A DNA stretch of 64,000 nucleotides. Origin: Tetramitus jugosus (taxonomy: Eukaryota; Protista; Heterolobosea). Made by a program: the position numbers and the translations under genes. Below are positions 1-11,696 of the stretch, piece after piece (position 1 is the first letter of the stretch; each line of letters starts with the position of its first letter). The DNA lies in the NCBI GenBank assembly GCA_937625935.1, contig OW569353.1:496001-560000 (forward strand), read 5' to 3'. A model generated the notes under the pieces. The model was not told where the DNA came from. It saw nothing but the letters and a program-made list of their open reading frames with translations, and ran no database searches.

Positions 1-1476
1 ATGAGAGAAGTGTTTAATCAGGCATCAATGAACGGTTTGGCACCGGAGCAAATATTGGACTGTAAATCGTTGTTCAAGACAGACATGTTGGCCATGTTGA
101 GAGGTATCATGATCACAGAGTGGAGCGCAGCAAAGCGGTTCAGTCAAACACAAGCGGCAGCATTGGAAGCCAAGGCAGGTACGGGAGTTGCTGCACAGTC
201 GGCCATGAAACAACAACAACAGCAAAAGACAACTGCTGGTGCACTGTCATCTCAACAACCAGAAACCACAAATATTGTAAAGGTGGAGAGCGGGGAAACG
301 ACACCGATGGCACCTACTCGTTCGACTCCACCTGCGAATGCATTTGGATCCACAATGCCAGCAGCGAATCGCGCCACAGTGAGTGCTCAACAGGTTAGCG
401 CTTCTTCGAATCAACCTCAAAGTGGAACTCATCCAAAGGAGCTAAAGAGTGTAGTCGTGCATGAATGCACATTGACATTTGTTGGTGAGAGTACTAGCTT
501 CTCAATTGAAATGATCGTTCGACAGGTGCCCGCATTTGCTAACGCGCCTGATTTTGAGCAGAGAGTTGCATTCAGCAAATGGCCCAAGGAGATTAGGTTT
601 AGTGGAAAGTTGCCAGAAATGAAATCGACTACAATCCAAACAGCCTGCAAAGAAAATAAGCAAACACTTTGTTTGTGGGAACCTAAGAATCCAGAAAAGA
701 GTGAAAGGTTTGCACAACTTCTCAAGAGTATGCATCAAAAGGATAAGGTAATCGTGCAGCAGTTGACAGATCCAAACGACACAAGTATGAAGTGTCTCAT
801 CATTTTCCCATATGCCACCTATACCAACAAGCAACAAGCAGCCAAGGAGTGTCAGATGATCAGTTGTGTGGTGGACAAACCCTACCATCCACCAACAACT
901 GAAGGACCATCTCAGGTACAACAACAATCTCAAGTCCAACCTTCTGCCCAAGTATCACACATTCAACCTAATATCACAAATCCTTCGGCTGTCATGCCTC
1001 AAGTGATGACAAATCCAGCCATGAACCCTGCCCAAATGAACATGTTTCCTTCCATGATGATCAATCAACAACAGCTCATGGCACAGATGCAATCTGGTGC
1101 CAATCCATTCTTCGGCTCTGTGCGGAATATGCCTGCTCAGATGACTCACCTTGGACAACTGAACCAACTTGCAGGTCAGATGGGACAAATGCCTCAGATG
1201 AGCCAGATGGGTCCAATACCTCAAATGAGTCAGATGGGACAAATGGGACAGATGCCTCAGATGAATCAAATGCAGATGAACCAACTGAGTCAAATGGGGC
1301 AATTAAATCAAATGGGACAAATGGGTGGCATGAATCCAATGATGCAACAAGGCCCCATGTTCGTGTTGCCCAATCAACCCATCTACGGTGCATATCAACC
1401 AATGATGATGATGCCCAATCAGCCCCAGCAACAAATGACCCCACAACAACTTCAAAACCCAAATACAAAGAAATAA
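1..1476 (+). CDS. 5'-partial Q/M-rich protein with a central globular domain (possibly SPOC/Med25-ACID-like transcription cofactor)
   Basis: Open frame from window edge; globular segment WPKEIRFSGKL...CLIIFPY between low-complexity regions; C-terminal QMGQM repeats. Confidence 0.55.
   Translation: MREVFNQASMNGLAPEQILDCKSLFKTDMLAMLRGIMITEWSAAKRFSQTQAAALEAKAGTGVAAQSAMKQQQQQKTTAGALSSQQPETTNIVKVESGETTPMAPTRSTPPANAFGSTMPAANRATVSAQQVSASSNQPQSGTHPKELKSVVVHECTLTFVGESTSFSIEMIVRQVPAFANAPDFEQRVAFSKWPKEIRFSGKLPEMKSTTIQTACKENKQTLCLWEPKNPEKSERFAQLLKSMHQKDKVIVQQLTDPNDTSMKCLIIFPYATYTNKQQAAKECQMISCVVDKPYHPPTTEGPSQVQQQSQVQPSAQVSHIQPNITNPSAVMPQVMTNPAMNPAQMNMFPSMMINQQQLMAQMQSGANPFFGSVRNMPAQMTHLGQLNQLAGQMGQMPQMSQMGPIPQMSQMGQMGQMPQMNQMQMNQLSQMGQLNQMGQMGGMNPMMQQGPMFVLPNQPIYGAYQPMMMMPNQPQQQMTPQQLQNPNTKK
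1140..1345 (+). repeat. Coding degenerate 9-bp repeat (QMG/QMS/QMN tripeptides)
   Basis: Repeated cagatg/caaatg units encoding QMGQMPQMSQMG... Confidence 0.8.
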
Positions 1477-1627
1477 TACATTTTCTCTTGATCATTGTCA
1501 AGGTCGGTCAAAATAATGCCCAAACATGGAACCCGCCTCAAGTTTCACACAAAAGAATTCCACCACAAAATTGCACTTTTGCCAAGTGAAAAACCAACAA
1601 ACATTTAAAAAAAACACAAACAACAAA

Positions 1628-3749
<2,122 letters not shown>

Positions 3750-3895
3750 GTAGGAAGGACGTCCTAGTAAAAGAAACATCTCAAACACACATCAGATCGT
3801 TGTATTCACAGCATAGAAAAGATAAAAGCCTCTTTTGAAAAAGAGTACTACTTGTATGAACTTAACAAGAAACTGGCGGTCTCGAGCCAGCAAAA

Positions 3896-4015
3896 AGCCT
3901 ACATTACTGAGGGTTCTCGAGTAGTCTCCTATCTCAATACTAACTCAGCCAGATGGTGCTTAACTTCTCTATTCGAAATGGGAAGAGGTGGTTCCACCAT
4001 TGTATGAACGTAGAC
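3896..4015 (-). rRNA. 5S rRNA: 5S rRNA, copy 1
   Basis: Reverse complement GTCTACGTTCATAC...GAAGTTAAGC...GTTAGTATTG...GTAGGCT, 120 nt, 5'/3' terminal helix, followed by a T-run terminator. Confidence 0.95.
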
Positions 4016-4332
4016 ACTGTACTTCTGTAATAGAGCGATTTCCGCATTTTCGGTGCGTGTGATGCTGTTGTGTGCTGTGTTATGCTCAATATCCAAATGA
4101 ATATTTGTGGTTTGGATCAGTACCAACCACAGATCTCTCAAATGCGTTGATGTCATCAATTCATAAATGCGTTGTCCAGGTCGGGTTCCTTGACTCCAAT
4201 AATACACTTTTCCGGAGATCGGTGCGCAACTGGATCACAATGCGCTACTTTAGCGCTGTTTCTCTTTTGCTTAAAATCTGAACTGTGTCACACAACAGCG
4301 TCGATAGTAAACACAACACAATAGAACAAGGA

Positions 4333-5037
4333 ATGACAAAGTATTTAATCACAGGAGCATCCAGAGGCATCGGATTGGAACTCGTACGACAATTATTGGA
4401 CAGAGATACCACAGAGTTCGTCTTCGCCGCATCTCGTTCAGGTAGTAAGCAACTAGAGGAGCTGGCCAATCACCCAAAGTTGAAACTTGTAGAGTTGGAT
4501 GTGTCAGATGAGGAGACCATCAAGAAGGCAGCTGAGAAACTCAAGCCATACAAGATTAATGTACTGGTGAACAATGCTGGTGTCAATGCAAGTGGAAGCA
4601 GCCTGACAACAACTTCTGAAGGAGCACTAGAAGCCTTTCGCATCAATGTGGTTGGGCCTTTGTTGGTAACAAAGTATTTCCTCCCACTATTAGAAACTGA
4701 TTCAGCTAAACCAGCTATCATTGCCAACATCTCTTCGCTGCTCGCATCTCTGAAAGAAGCAACGAATTCAGATTATCAATTTTTTGAGAATGTGCCATAC
4801 AGAGTCTCCAAGGCAGCTCTCAATATGCTCACTAGATTGCAGTCTCTTGAGCTCAAGGACAAAAACATTGTTGTAGTTTCTTTCAGTCCTGGCTGGGTCT
4901 CAACAGATATGGGCGGTCCGACTGCCCCTGTCACTCCAAAGGAGAGTGTCGAAGGTTTGATCAAAGGATTGGACAGAGTTCAAATCGAAGACACTGGAAA
5001 GTTTTTGGACTATACCGGAGTAGAACTTCCATTGTAA
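4333..5037 (+). CDS. Short-chain dehydrogenase/reductase (C-factor/CsgA/sniffer-like)
   Basis: ITGASRGIG, VLVNNAG, ISS, YRVSKAALN, SPGWVSTDMGG. Confidence 0.92.
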   Translation: MTKYLITGASRGIGLELVRQLLDRDTTEFVFAASRSGSKQLEELANHPKLKLVELDVSDEETIKKAAEKLKPYKINVLVNNAGVNASGSSLTTTSEGALEAFRINVVGPLLVTKYFLPLLETDSAKPAIIANISSLLASLKEATNSDYQFFENVPYRVSKAALNMLTRLQSLELKDKNIVVVSFSPGWVSTDMGGPTAPVTPKESVEGLIKGLDRVQIEDTGKFLDYTGVELPL

Positions 5038-5144
5038 TCTGTGCTAAAGATAATAGTTGCCAATAACGCCTGTAAAACAAAATAAAGTTTCATCAGCTTA
5101 GAGTTTTAATACAGTCGCAATGCGTACGCGCCGAATCCAACAAA

Positions 5145-5264
5145 AGCCTACATTACTGAGGGTTCTCGAGTAGTCTCCTATCTCAATACTAACTCAGCCA
5201 GATGGTGCTTAACTTCTCTATTCGAAATGGGAAGAGGTGGTTCCACCATTGTATGAACGTAGAC
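5145..5264 (-). rRNA. 5S rRNA: 5S rRNA, copy 2
   Basis: Identical to copy 1 over 120 nt; T4 terminator. Confidence 0.95.
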
Positions 5265-5315
5265 ACTGTATCTCTATTATAGAGCTATTTCCGCATTTTT
5301 AGTGGTTGGACATTG

Positions 5316-5671
5316 GTTGGACGTGTCACCGTTGGTGATACTGCTGCTAACAAGATCTCGGCCAGGTTGGCCAGTATCAAGTCAGGTGCTCTCCGTAGGT
5401 CCTACCAACTGGCTAGGACTACGGAGCCATCTGACCTCACCAGTGGTGCTCCAGTCGGTAGTGGAGGCCCTCGCAACGAATCCCTGAAGAAGGGATCAAA
5501 ACAACATTCCAAGAAGAGAATGAATCCTGTTGCGTAGGCCTGCCACTCCACTGGGCAAGCACCACACCATGTTAGACAATTGAGAGTAGGCAAGCCTGCT
5601 CTCAAACAAAAGAAAAATAAAAGTTCCGCAACGTGGTGCTCACGCACCATTTGTTGTATTAAAAAAAAAAA
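5316..5671 (+). mobile_element. Poly(A)-tailed retroposed insertion (probably a 5'-truncated non-LTR retrotransposon) with 17-bp TSD
   Basis: TTAGTGGTTGGACATTG at 5299-5315 and 5672-5688; A11 tail at 5661-5671; ORF remnant ending at TAG 5537; stem-loops at 5580-5605 and 5628-5657. Confidence 0.8.
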
Positions 5672-5838
5672 TTAGTGGTTGGACATTGTCTACAGATCTG
5701 CAGTGAAATATATCACAAGTGGTCGTCTGCCAACAGCTGTTTTAAAGCTCGAATGGCTCCAGGCACAACCTCGAAGTGGAACTTGTGCACACGGATGAGG
5801 TGGGGCACTACCTCTACAATACAGTTGACGACATTGAT

Positions 5839-6813
5839 TTAACACAAGATGCATTTACCCTTGCCTGAACTTGAGTTTTCGCGCAGTTTATGTCGGATGA
5901 GAGCACATTTGATCAGTGTATCATGAAAAGCTTCACCAAGATTCTGTCCAGTAAGTGCACTGGTTTCCATATATAAGATGCAATTCTGGCGCTCTGCCAT
6001 GCATTGTCCTTCTTCTGGAGTGATGGATTCCAAAACATTCTCTCTCAGATCGACTTTAGTTCCCACTAACATAACGATTGCTTCAGGACAATGAGCCATG
6101 ATCTCAAACAACCACTTCATTGTTATGTTTTGAAAGCTCGAAGGATCCACGACAGAGAAACACATAAGAAAAATATGGGTGCCTAGGTAGGACAGAGGTC
6201 TCAACCGTCGATACTCGTCCGAGCCAAAAGTGTCCCAAATGTAAATTGTTCTCTTGTTTTCTCCCATTGATGTCTCAATACAATAGCTCTCCATTACTGA
6301 TGGACAATAGAACTCTGGAAATTCGTTTCGAACAGTTCTCACTTGCAGATAAGTCTTTCCAATGAAGCAATCTCCCACAACAACAACCTTGATGTAATTC
6401 AGGTTTTTCTGTTTCATTTGTAAATTCTCTGCCGATATCTCATCAACTCCAGTTAAGCCAAGGCATTTATGATGAGGTTGATCCAATATGGGAGGCACGG
6501 CACAAATGGCCTCCTTTCTTTGTTCGATGACATCGGAAATGACTTGCTTCAGAACCAACACTTTTTCTCTAAAGTTGCTGACAGATTGCACACGTTCCAG
6601 AAAACAAGATCGAATGAATTCATATCTGGGACGTTCAACCACAGATTGAAACACAGGGGCCCACAAAAGATTGTGCCCCGTTAGCTCAAACATGCTCCAT
6701 GACCTTTGGGCAAGTCTCATGTGACTCAATTCATTCACCGACAAAAAAGAAAGAACGACAAGTGAAACATCGTCCGGTAGCTGCAAGAACAGTGAGTTGT
6801 ATTGTTCGCACAT
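5839..6813 (-). CDS. F-box-Rho/Rac-family GTPase fusion protein with C-terminal CAAX-like motif
   Basis: N-term LFLQLPDDVSLVVLSFLS (F-box); KVVVVGDCFIGKT, WDTFG, LRPLSY, VGTKVD, ETSAL; ends GKGKCILC. Confidence 0.85.
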   Translation of the reverse strand: MCEQYNSLFLQLPDDVSLVVLSFLSVNELSHMRLAQRSWSMFELTGHNLLWAPVFQSVVERPRYEFIRSCFLERVQSVSNFREKVLVLKQVISDVIEQRKEAICAVPPILDQPHHKCLGLTGVDEISAENLQMKQKNLNYIKVVVVGDCFIGKTYLQVRTVRNEFPEFYCPSVMESYCIETSMGENKRTIYIWDTFGSDEYRRLRPLSYLGTHIFLMCFSVVDPSSFQNITMKWLFEIMAHCPEAIVMLVGTKVDLRENVLESITPEEGQCMAERQNCILYMETSALTGQNLGEAFHDTLIKCALIRHKLRENSSSGKGKCILC

Positions 6814-6878
6814 GGTCAGTTCTTTGTTTGGTGGATTTGTTTTTTTTTTCGACTCCAAGAAACAAACAACAACAACCA

Positions 6879-8039
6879 ATGACAAATCCATCCATCAATC
6901 ACCACCATCATCACCATCATCACCCCCATCATAGCAACCTCGAGGTTAACAATTCCAACAGTAGTAGTAGTCGACCGAGCAATCAAAACTTACATCGTCG
7001 AGTCATCAGTCACGACAATCAATCATCATTCACATACACTGATTCTTCTACATCACCACGTCCACTCTCACCTTCTTCATTGAACAACAACAACATGACA
7101 AATAATAACAATAGTTCATCATCATCGATATTGATCAATATTCCATCATCATCATCGCGTCACTATGATGATGATGATGATGATGACGATGATGAAAACA
7201 AGATGTTGAATAATGAGGATCATGAGTTGTTATTGTCGTTTCAAATTTCTGTTCGATTTTCAACAGGTGATACCATTAGCATCACAAGGAACAATCATGA
7301 ATTTTCTCAGATGCACATTAGTGATCTCAAATCACTCATTAGACAGCAAGTAATGATGAATAGCGATGATGATGATGATGATGAGTCAAAACAACATTTG
7401 AAGAAAATGATGAGTGAAAAACCAAACATGCGATTGATTTATCAGGGAAAGCTATTGTTGGATCCGTTGCCCTGTCATTTTTACAAAATGGTCAATCATT
7501 GCTTTGTTCACTGTATTTTATCTGAAGAGACATCAACTTCTGCTTCTTCATCATCTTCATCACAAGCTAGCTCTTCTTCAGTGATTGGTAATGTTGTTGA
7601 TCAACATGGCTTTAGCTTGGAGAGACGAGGATTTGATCGATTGAGAGACTCTGGTTTGTTGGACGATGATGTTTATCATGTGAGAAGTGAGTTTTATTCG
7701 ACGAGACAGCACTTGTTGGTTCAGTATGATCATGGTCAGTTGACACTTGAAGATCTTTATGTCTTGGAAGAGCAGTGGATGAACGAAGATTATGTGCAGC
7801 AACAGCAACAGCAGGGAACCACTTTGATGCAGAGTGCAGACGAATCAGCTACAGGCGACAATCAATTATTTGACACGAGTAATTATTATGCTTTTATTGG
7901 CATGTTCATTGGATTTTATTTCAACATTGCCGCATGTTTATTGCTGTTGGAACGAGCGAGTTCGAACAAGCTGAAATACGGTCTCATTGCTGGTATCATT
8001 TGTAATGTATCATTCGCGGTCATACGTTTCTTTATTTAG
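6879..8039 (+). CDS. Dsc3/DUF2407-like protein (ubiquitin-like domain, GFDRL motif, two C-terminal TM helices)
   Basis: MRLIYQGKLL (Ubl), RRGFDRLRDSG...LEEQWM, hydrophobic C-terminal hairpin. Confidence 0.75.
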   Translation: MTNPSINHHHHHHHHPHHSNLEVNNSNSSSSRPSNQNLHRRVISHDNQSSFTYTDSSTSPRPLSPSSLNNNNMTNNNNSSSSSILINIPSSSSRHYDDDDDDDDDENKMLNNEDHELLLSFQISVRFSTGDTISITRNNHEFSQMHISDLKSLIRQQVMMNSDDDDDDESKQHLKKMMSEKPNMRLIYQGKLLLDPLPCHFYKMVNHCFVHCILSEETSTSASSSSSSQASSSSVIGNVVDQHGFSLERRGFDRLRDSGLLDDDVYHVRSEFYSTRQHLLVQYDHGQLTLEDLYVLEEQWMNEDYVQQQQQQGTTLMQSADESATGDNQLFDTSNYYAFIGMFIGFYFNIAACLLLLERASSNKLKYGLIAGIICNVSFAVIRFFI

Positions 8040-8238
8040 AAGAGGAAATACACCTATCGAGCTTGTTTCCCGCCCTTTTTCGTGGTTGACTGACAGATGA
8101 TTGAACCGACACTGTCTGCAACGAACCAACGCCAAGCGGCATACAATAATCAATTCGACACAAAAAAGCGAACAACAACAACATATCGATATATCGACAT
8201 CGACAACCAATACTCATACAAAATAGTAATCATTCCAA

Positions 8239-10406
8239 ATGTTCTACGGCTCCCAGCTTGTCATCTCCAAAAAAGGTGTGTTTTGAAACAAAAAAACTGA
8301 ATACAAAAATTTTTGTATTCATGAAACACGTGACTAACAACAATCATACATAAAAAAATAGACCCATTGACATTGGTGTTACTCGCAGCTCAAAACACTG
8401 CCATGAACAAGAAAAAGTTGTCAAAGAGGAAAATTTTGGACTCGAACATTGAACAACTCAGTTCACACATTGTATCCACCACGGTTGAAAAACAAGTGAC
8501 GCTCAGAATATCGAGCACACTCCTGTTGGGCATCGTTGTCATTTATCAACGAAAAATTCAGTACTTGCTATCAGACAGTAACCAATTTATGATTCAAGTG
8601 CGAAGTCATCATGGTATGATGATGATGAAAAGTGGTGCCGGATATGGTGAGAAAGATGATGTGTTGAGAACCAAGAACAACATCAATTTATCATCAGATT
8701 CTGATGAAAAAATTGATTTACCATGGAAGAAGCAACATGTGCAGTGGAATCACATCACACTACCACCAGTGTTGCTCATGAATCACCAACATCACCAACA
8801 TCATCATCAGGAATACAACCAGGATGATATTGAACAGAGTGAGCATGAGGTCAATACGAGACTATTGAACAGTAACAAGGGTAGTAATTCAAAGAGTAGA
8901 AACGATTTCTTTCATCAATGGAGATCCATGTTTCAAGGACAAGAACTGCAACAACAAAAAACAGACTTCAATGGTCATTCAAAGGACTACTTTTGGGAAT
9001 TTGATGAAACCATTACAGTGACTGATGATTCCATGGTACAGTCATCTTCCAATCAACAACAAAAACATACGTTTGCCAATTGGAGAGATATTACGTTGCA
9101 GGAAGTCAGTGAAATTGAGCTCAATGAAACAGAACTCAACAGTGCAAGATGGAATAGTTCAGTCAATCGTACAGAAGTTGAATTGATGAATGATGAAGAT
9201 GTGTTTCAAACCACTGATTTTGACATGTCTCACTTGTTGCTCACTGAGGAGGATGGACTGTGGGGAGCAGCTACAAGTGATGGACATGGTGGTCATGACG
9301 CAGAAATCAATAGTAACAATGGAGATACCATGATTGGATTCTCAGAAGATGAGACCGCAAACAATGATCCTCAGCACCCTGCACAGCAGGAGGAGCTCGA
9401 ACAGGAACATGGTGTCATTGGTCAAAAGCGAGGTCAAAAACGATCTATTCAACAATTGATTATCGATGATGAAGTGTGTATTAGCAATGAAACGATGAGA
9501 GCTCAATTGGAAGATGCCAGTGCAATTACACTGAGCCGTCATCGACCACACTTGTGCAGCAGTGGAGATGATCATGGTTGGAATGAACCGAATACTACAA
9601 GTACTGATCGTTGTAATAATGCGAACAAGAGCCGTTCAGCTCTCTTGTTGAAACATTTACAAATGAACCCAATGTCTTTCGGGTTGCATTCATCCATGAT
9701 TCAATTTTACCAAGCGAGAGCCCAATGGGTTACAAGTAATGATCATAAGAGGAGGAGATTGGAGGAAAAGAGATCAGATGAGATTGTCACGGGAAGAGTC
9801 AACGAGAATGATCGAAGCCAACAAAGGAATGAAGAATTTGGAGGTGATGATCATAGTGGTCTTCATGCTCTAGGTTTCGATGAAGAATTTGAGCCAGCTG
9901 ATCCACTGAGAGGACCTGCCTCCGTGATGAGAACACCGTCGAAGAATAGAAGACACAGACAATTGTTAACCCCGATAGACAACAATGAACTGACTGCAAT
10001 TTTAATGTTTGATGATCATCAACTTGTGACTCAAACACCGCAGAAACAACAGAATAGTTTGGTATCTGGCTCACCATCATCCTTGGATCTCGCAATGAAC
10101 AATACTAGCATTCAATCATCCATTTCATATGACTCCAACCATTCTGGAGCATCACCCAGCGCTAAGACAGCAAACATGCAGAGAAAAACCTGGAAGATGC
10201 TCGAATATTGTCGCTCTAAAATGAACGACAACCAAGAGCAGTATACATTCAAGGATATTGCAAAAACGAGAGATCCAACACTTGCAAGTCTCTGTTTTTA
10301 TCATATCCTTGTTCTGGCAACCAATGATTTCATTAAGGTGCGTCAGGATGAACCTTATGGCAACATTACGATTCAAAGCTCGACAAATTTCCAAAAGAAT
10401 TATTAA
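8239..10406 (+). CDS. RAD21/REC8: Rad21/Rec8-family cohesin kleisin (2 exons; intron 8276-8361), possibly meiotic REC8
   Basis: Spliced N-term MFYGSQLVISKKDPLTLVLLAA...LRISSTLLLGIVVIYQRK..YLLSD; C-term FYHILVLA...VRQDEPYGNITI; intron GT..TGACTAAC..AG restores frame. Confidence 0.9.
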
Positions 10407-10441
10407 GTTTCAGCCCAATTGATCGTTCACCTCGAACATAC

Positions 10442-11605
10442 TCACGAGAGTGTGATGATTGAAATGTCAGACAATCGCAAGGAACTCTCTAACAAAGCAA
10501 CAGAAAGTTTCAAATCAACTTTGTTGCCTGTGCATCTCTTCCATAATAAAAAGGAAAGATTCATCGATGTACTCACTTGCCAGGTTCCTTCTTGGTACTT
10601 TAGCATATTCAGGTGGTTGAAACCTGGCACTGGACACAAGATTGGTAGCTCCATCTTCACTAAATTGCCATCCTTTTTCACACTTTTTGGTTGAAAGGGA
10701 ATGACTCGATCACCACCTATTATACAACAGAACTGATAGCTAGATGACAGGAATTTCGTTGAATAAATGGTGCTGGGATCATCTGTAGCGAACAATGTTA
10801 TTTCCTGTGGAGGATAACACGCTCCGACATCAGTGAATCTCACACCATTCGTCATCTTGTGAAGTACTGGGCTCGTTCGGTATCCTACCGTGATCAACTC
10901 ACCCTGTTGTGTAATCAATGAATACTGCATGCTTCCGCACGTTGTTTTCACAATTGTGTGTAATCCATAATCAATCTCTTTAACAACCTCTAACGTACGT
11001 TCTCTACCAAAGAGAAACACTCTGCCACGAGATGTGCACAGAATGGTCCTGGAAATTCCACACGATATGTGCACAATCACCTCTTCTGGCTTCAAACCTG
11101 GGATTTCCAAGAGGGTAGGAGTTGGGGCAGAATAGGGTATCCTTGACGTATCGAATCCAAGACTACCCTCTTTGTTCAATCCACATGCATAAACTCGACC
11201 TTCTTCAGTCAACAAAAGAGTGTGATAAGCACCACAGTGGGCTTCCTTGACTCTGACACCTGGTGGAAGCTTCATTTTGACAGGAATATGCACATTATCA
11301 ACGAAACAAGCACCAATACCACAAGCACCAACGTCATTGGATCCACAGCTATATGCAGTTCCATCTTCCATCACAAACACAGTATGTGCGGCATGTAGAG
11401 TTCCATTTGAGTCCAAATGGATGACCTTGAGCTTTGGATCCAACCTCGGAAAAGAAGTCGACGGGTTGGACGACGGCGGCGGTAGACGACGATCAGAAGG
11501 ATGACCTCTGCCGCACTCACCAAACTTGCTCGTTCCATGGACAGACACCAGACCATCATCGTACAGAAAAAAAGCGACAAAAATTCCACAAACTACTCGC
11601 TTCAT
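10442..11605 (-). CDS. RCC1/BLIP-II repeat protein
   Basis: HTVFVMEDGTAYSCGSNDVGACG, CGAYHTLLLTEEGRVYACGLNKEGSLG repeats. Confidence 0.85.
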   Translation of the reverse strand: MKRVVCGIFVAFFLYDDGLVSVHGTSKFGECGRGHPSDRRLPPPSSNPSTSFPRLDPKLKVIHLDSNGTLHAAHTVFVMEDGTAYSCGSNDVGACGIGACFVDNVHIPVKMKLPPGVRVKEAHCGAYHTLLLTEEGRVYACGLNKEGSLGFDTSRIPYSAPTPTLLEIPGLKPEEVIVHISCGISRTILCTSRGRVFLFGRERTLEVVKEIDYGLHTIVKTTCGSMQYSLITQQGELITVGYRTSPVLHKMTNGVRFTDVGACYPPQEITLFATDDPSTIYSTKFLSSSYQFCCIIGGDRVIPFQPKSVKKDGNLVKMELPILCPVPGFNHLNMLKYQEGTWQVSTSMNLSFLLWKRCTGNKVDLKLSVALLESSLRLSDISIITLS

Positions 11606-11696
11606 TCTTCTTTTGCTTTCTCAATTGATTGTTTGTTGTTTCTTCTTTCCACAACAAGCAAAAAGCAATTCTTTCAAGGAACAAAGAAGCAACAAC

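Noticed and set aside
3929-4281. Short ORFs overlapping 5S copy 1
   Set aside because: They run through the rRNA gene or its spacer and have no recognisable motif
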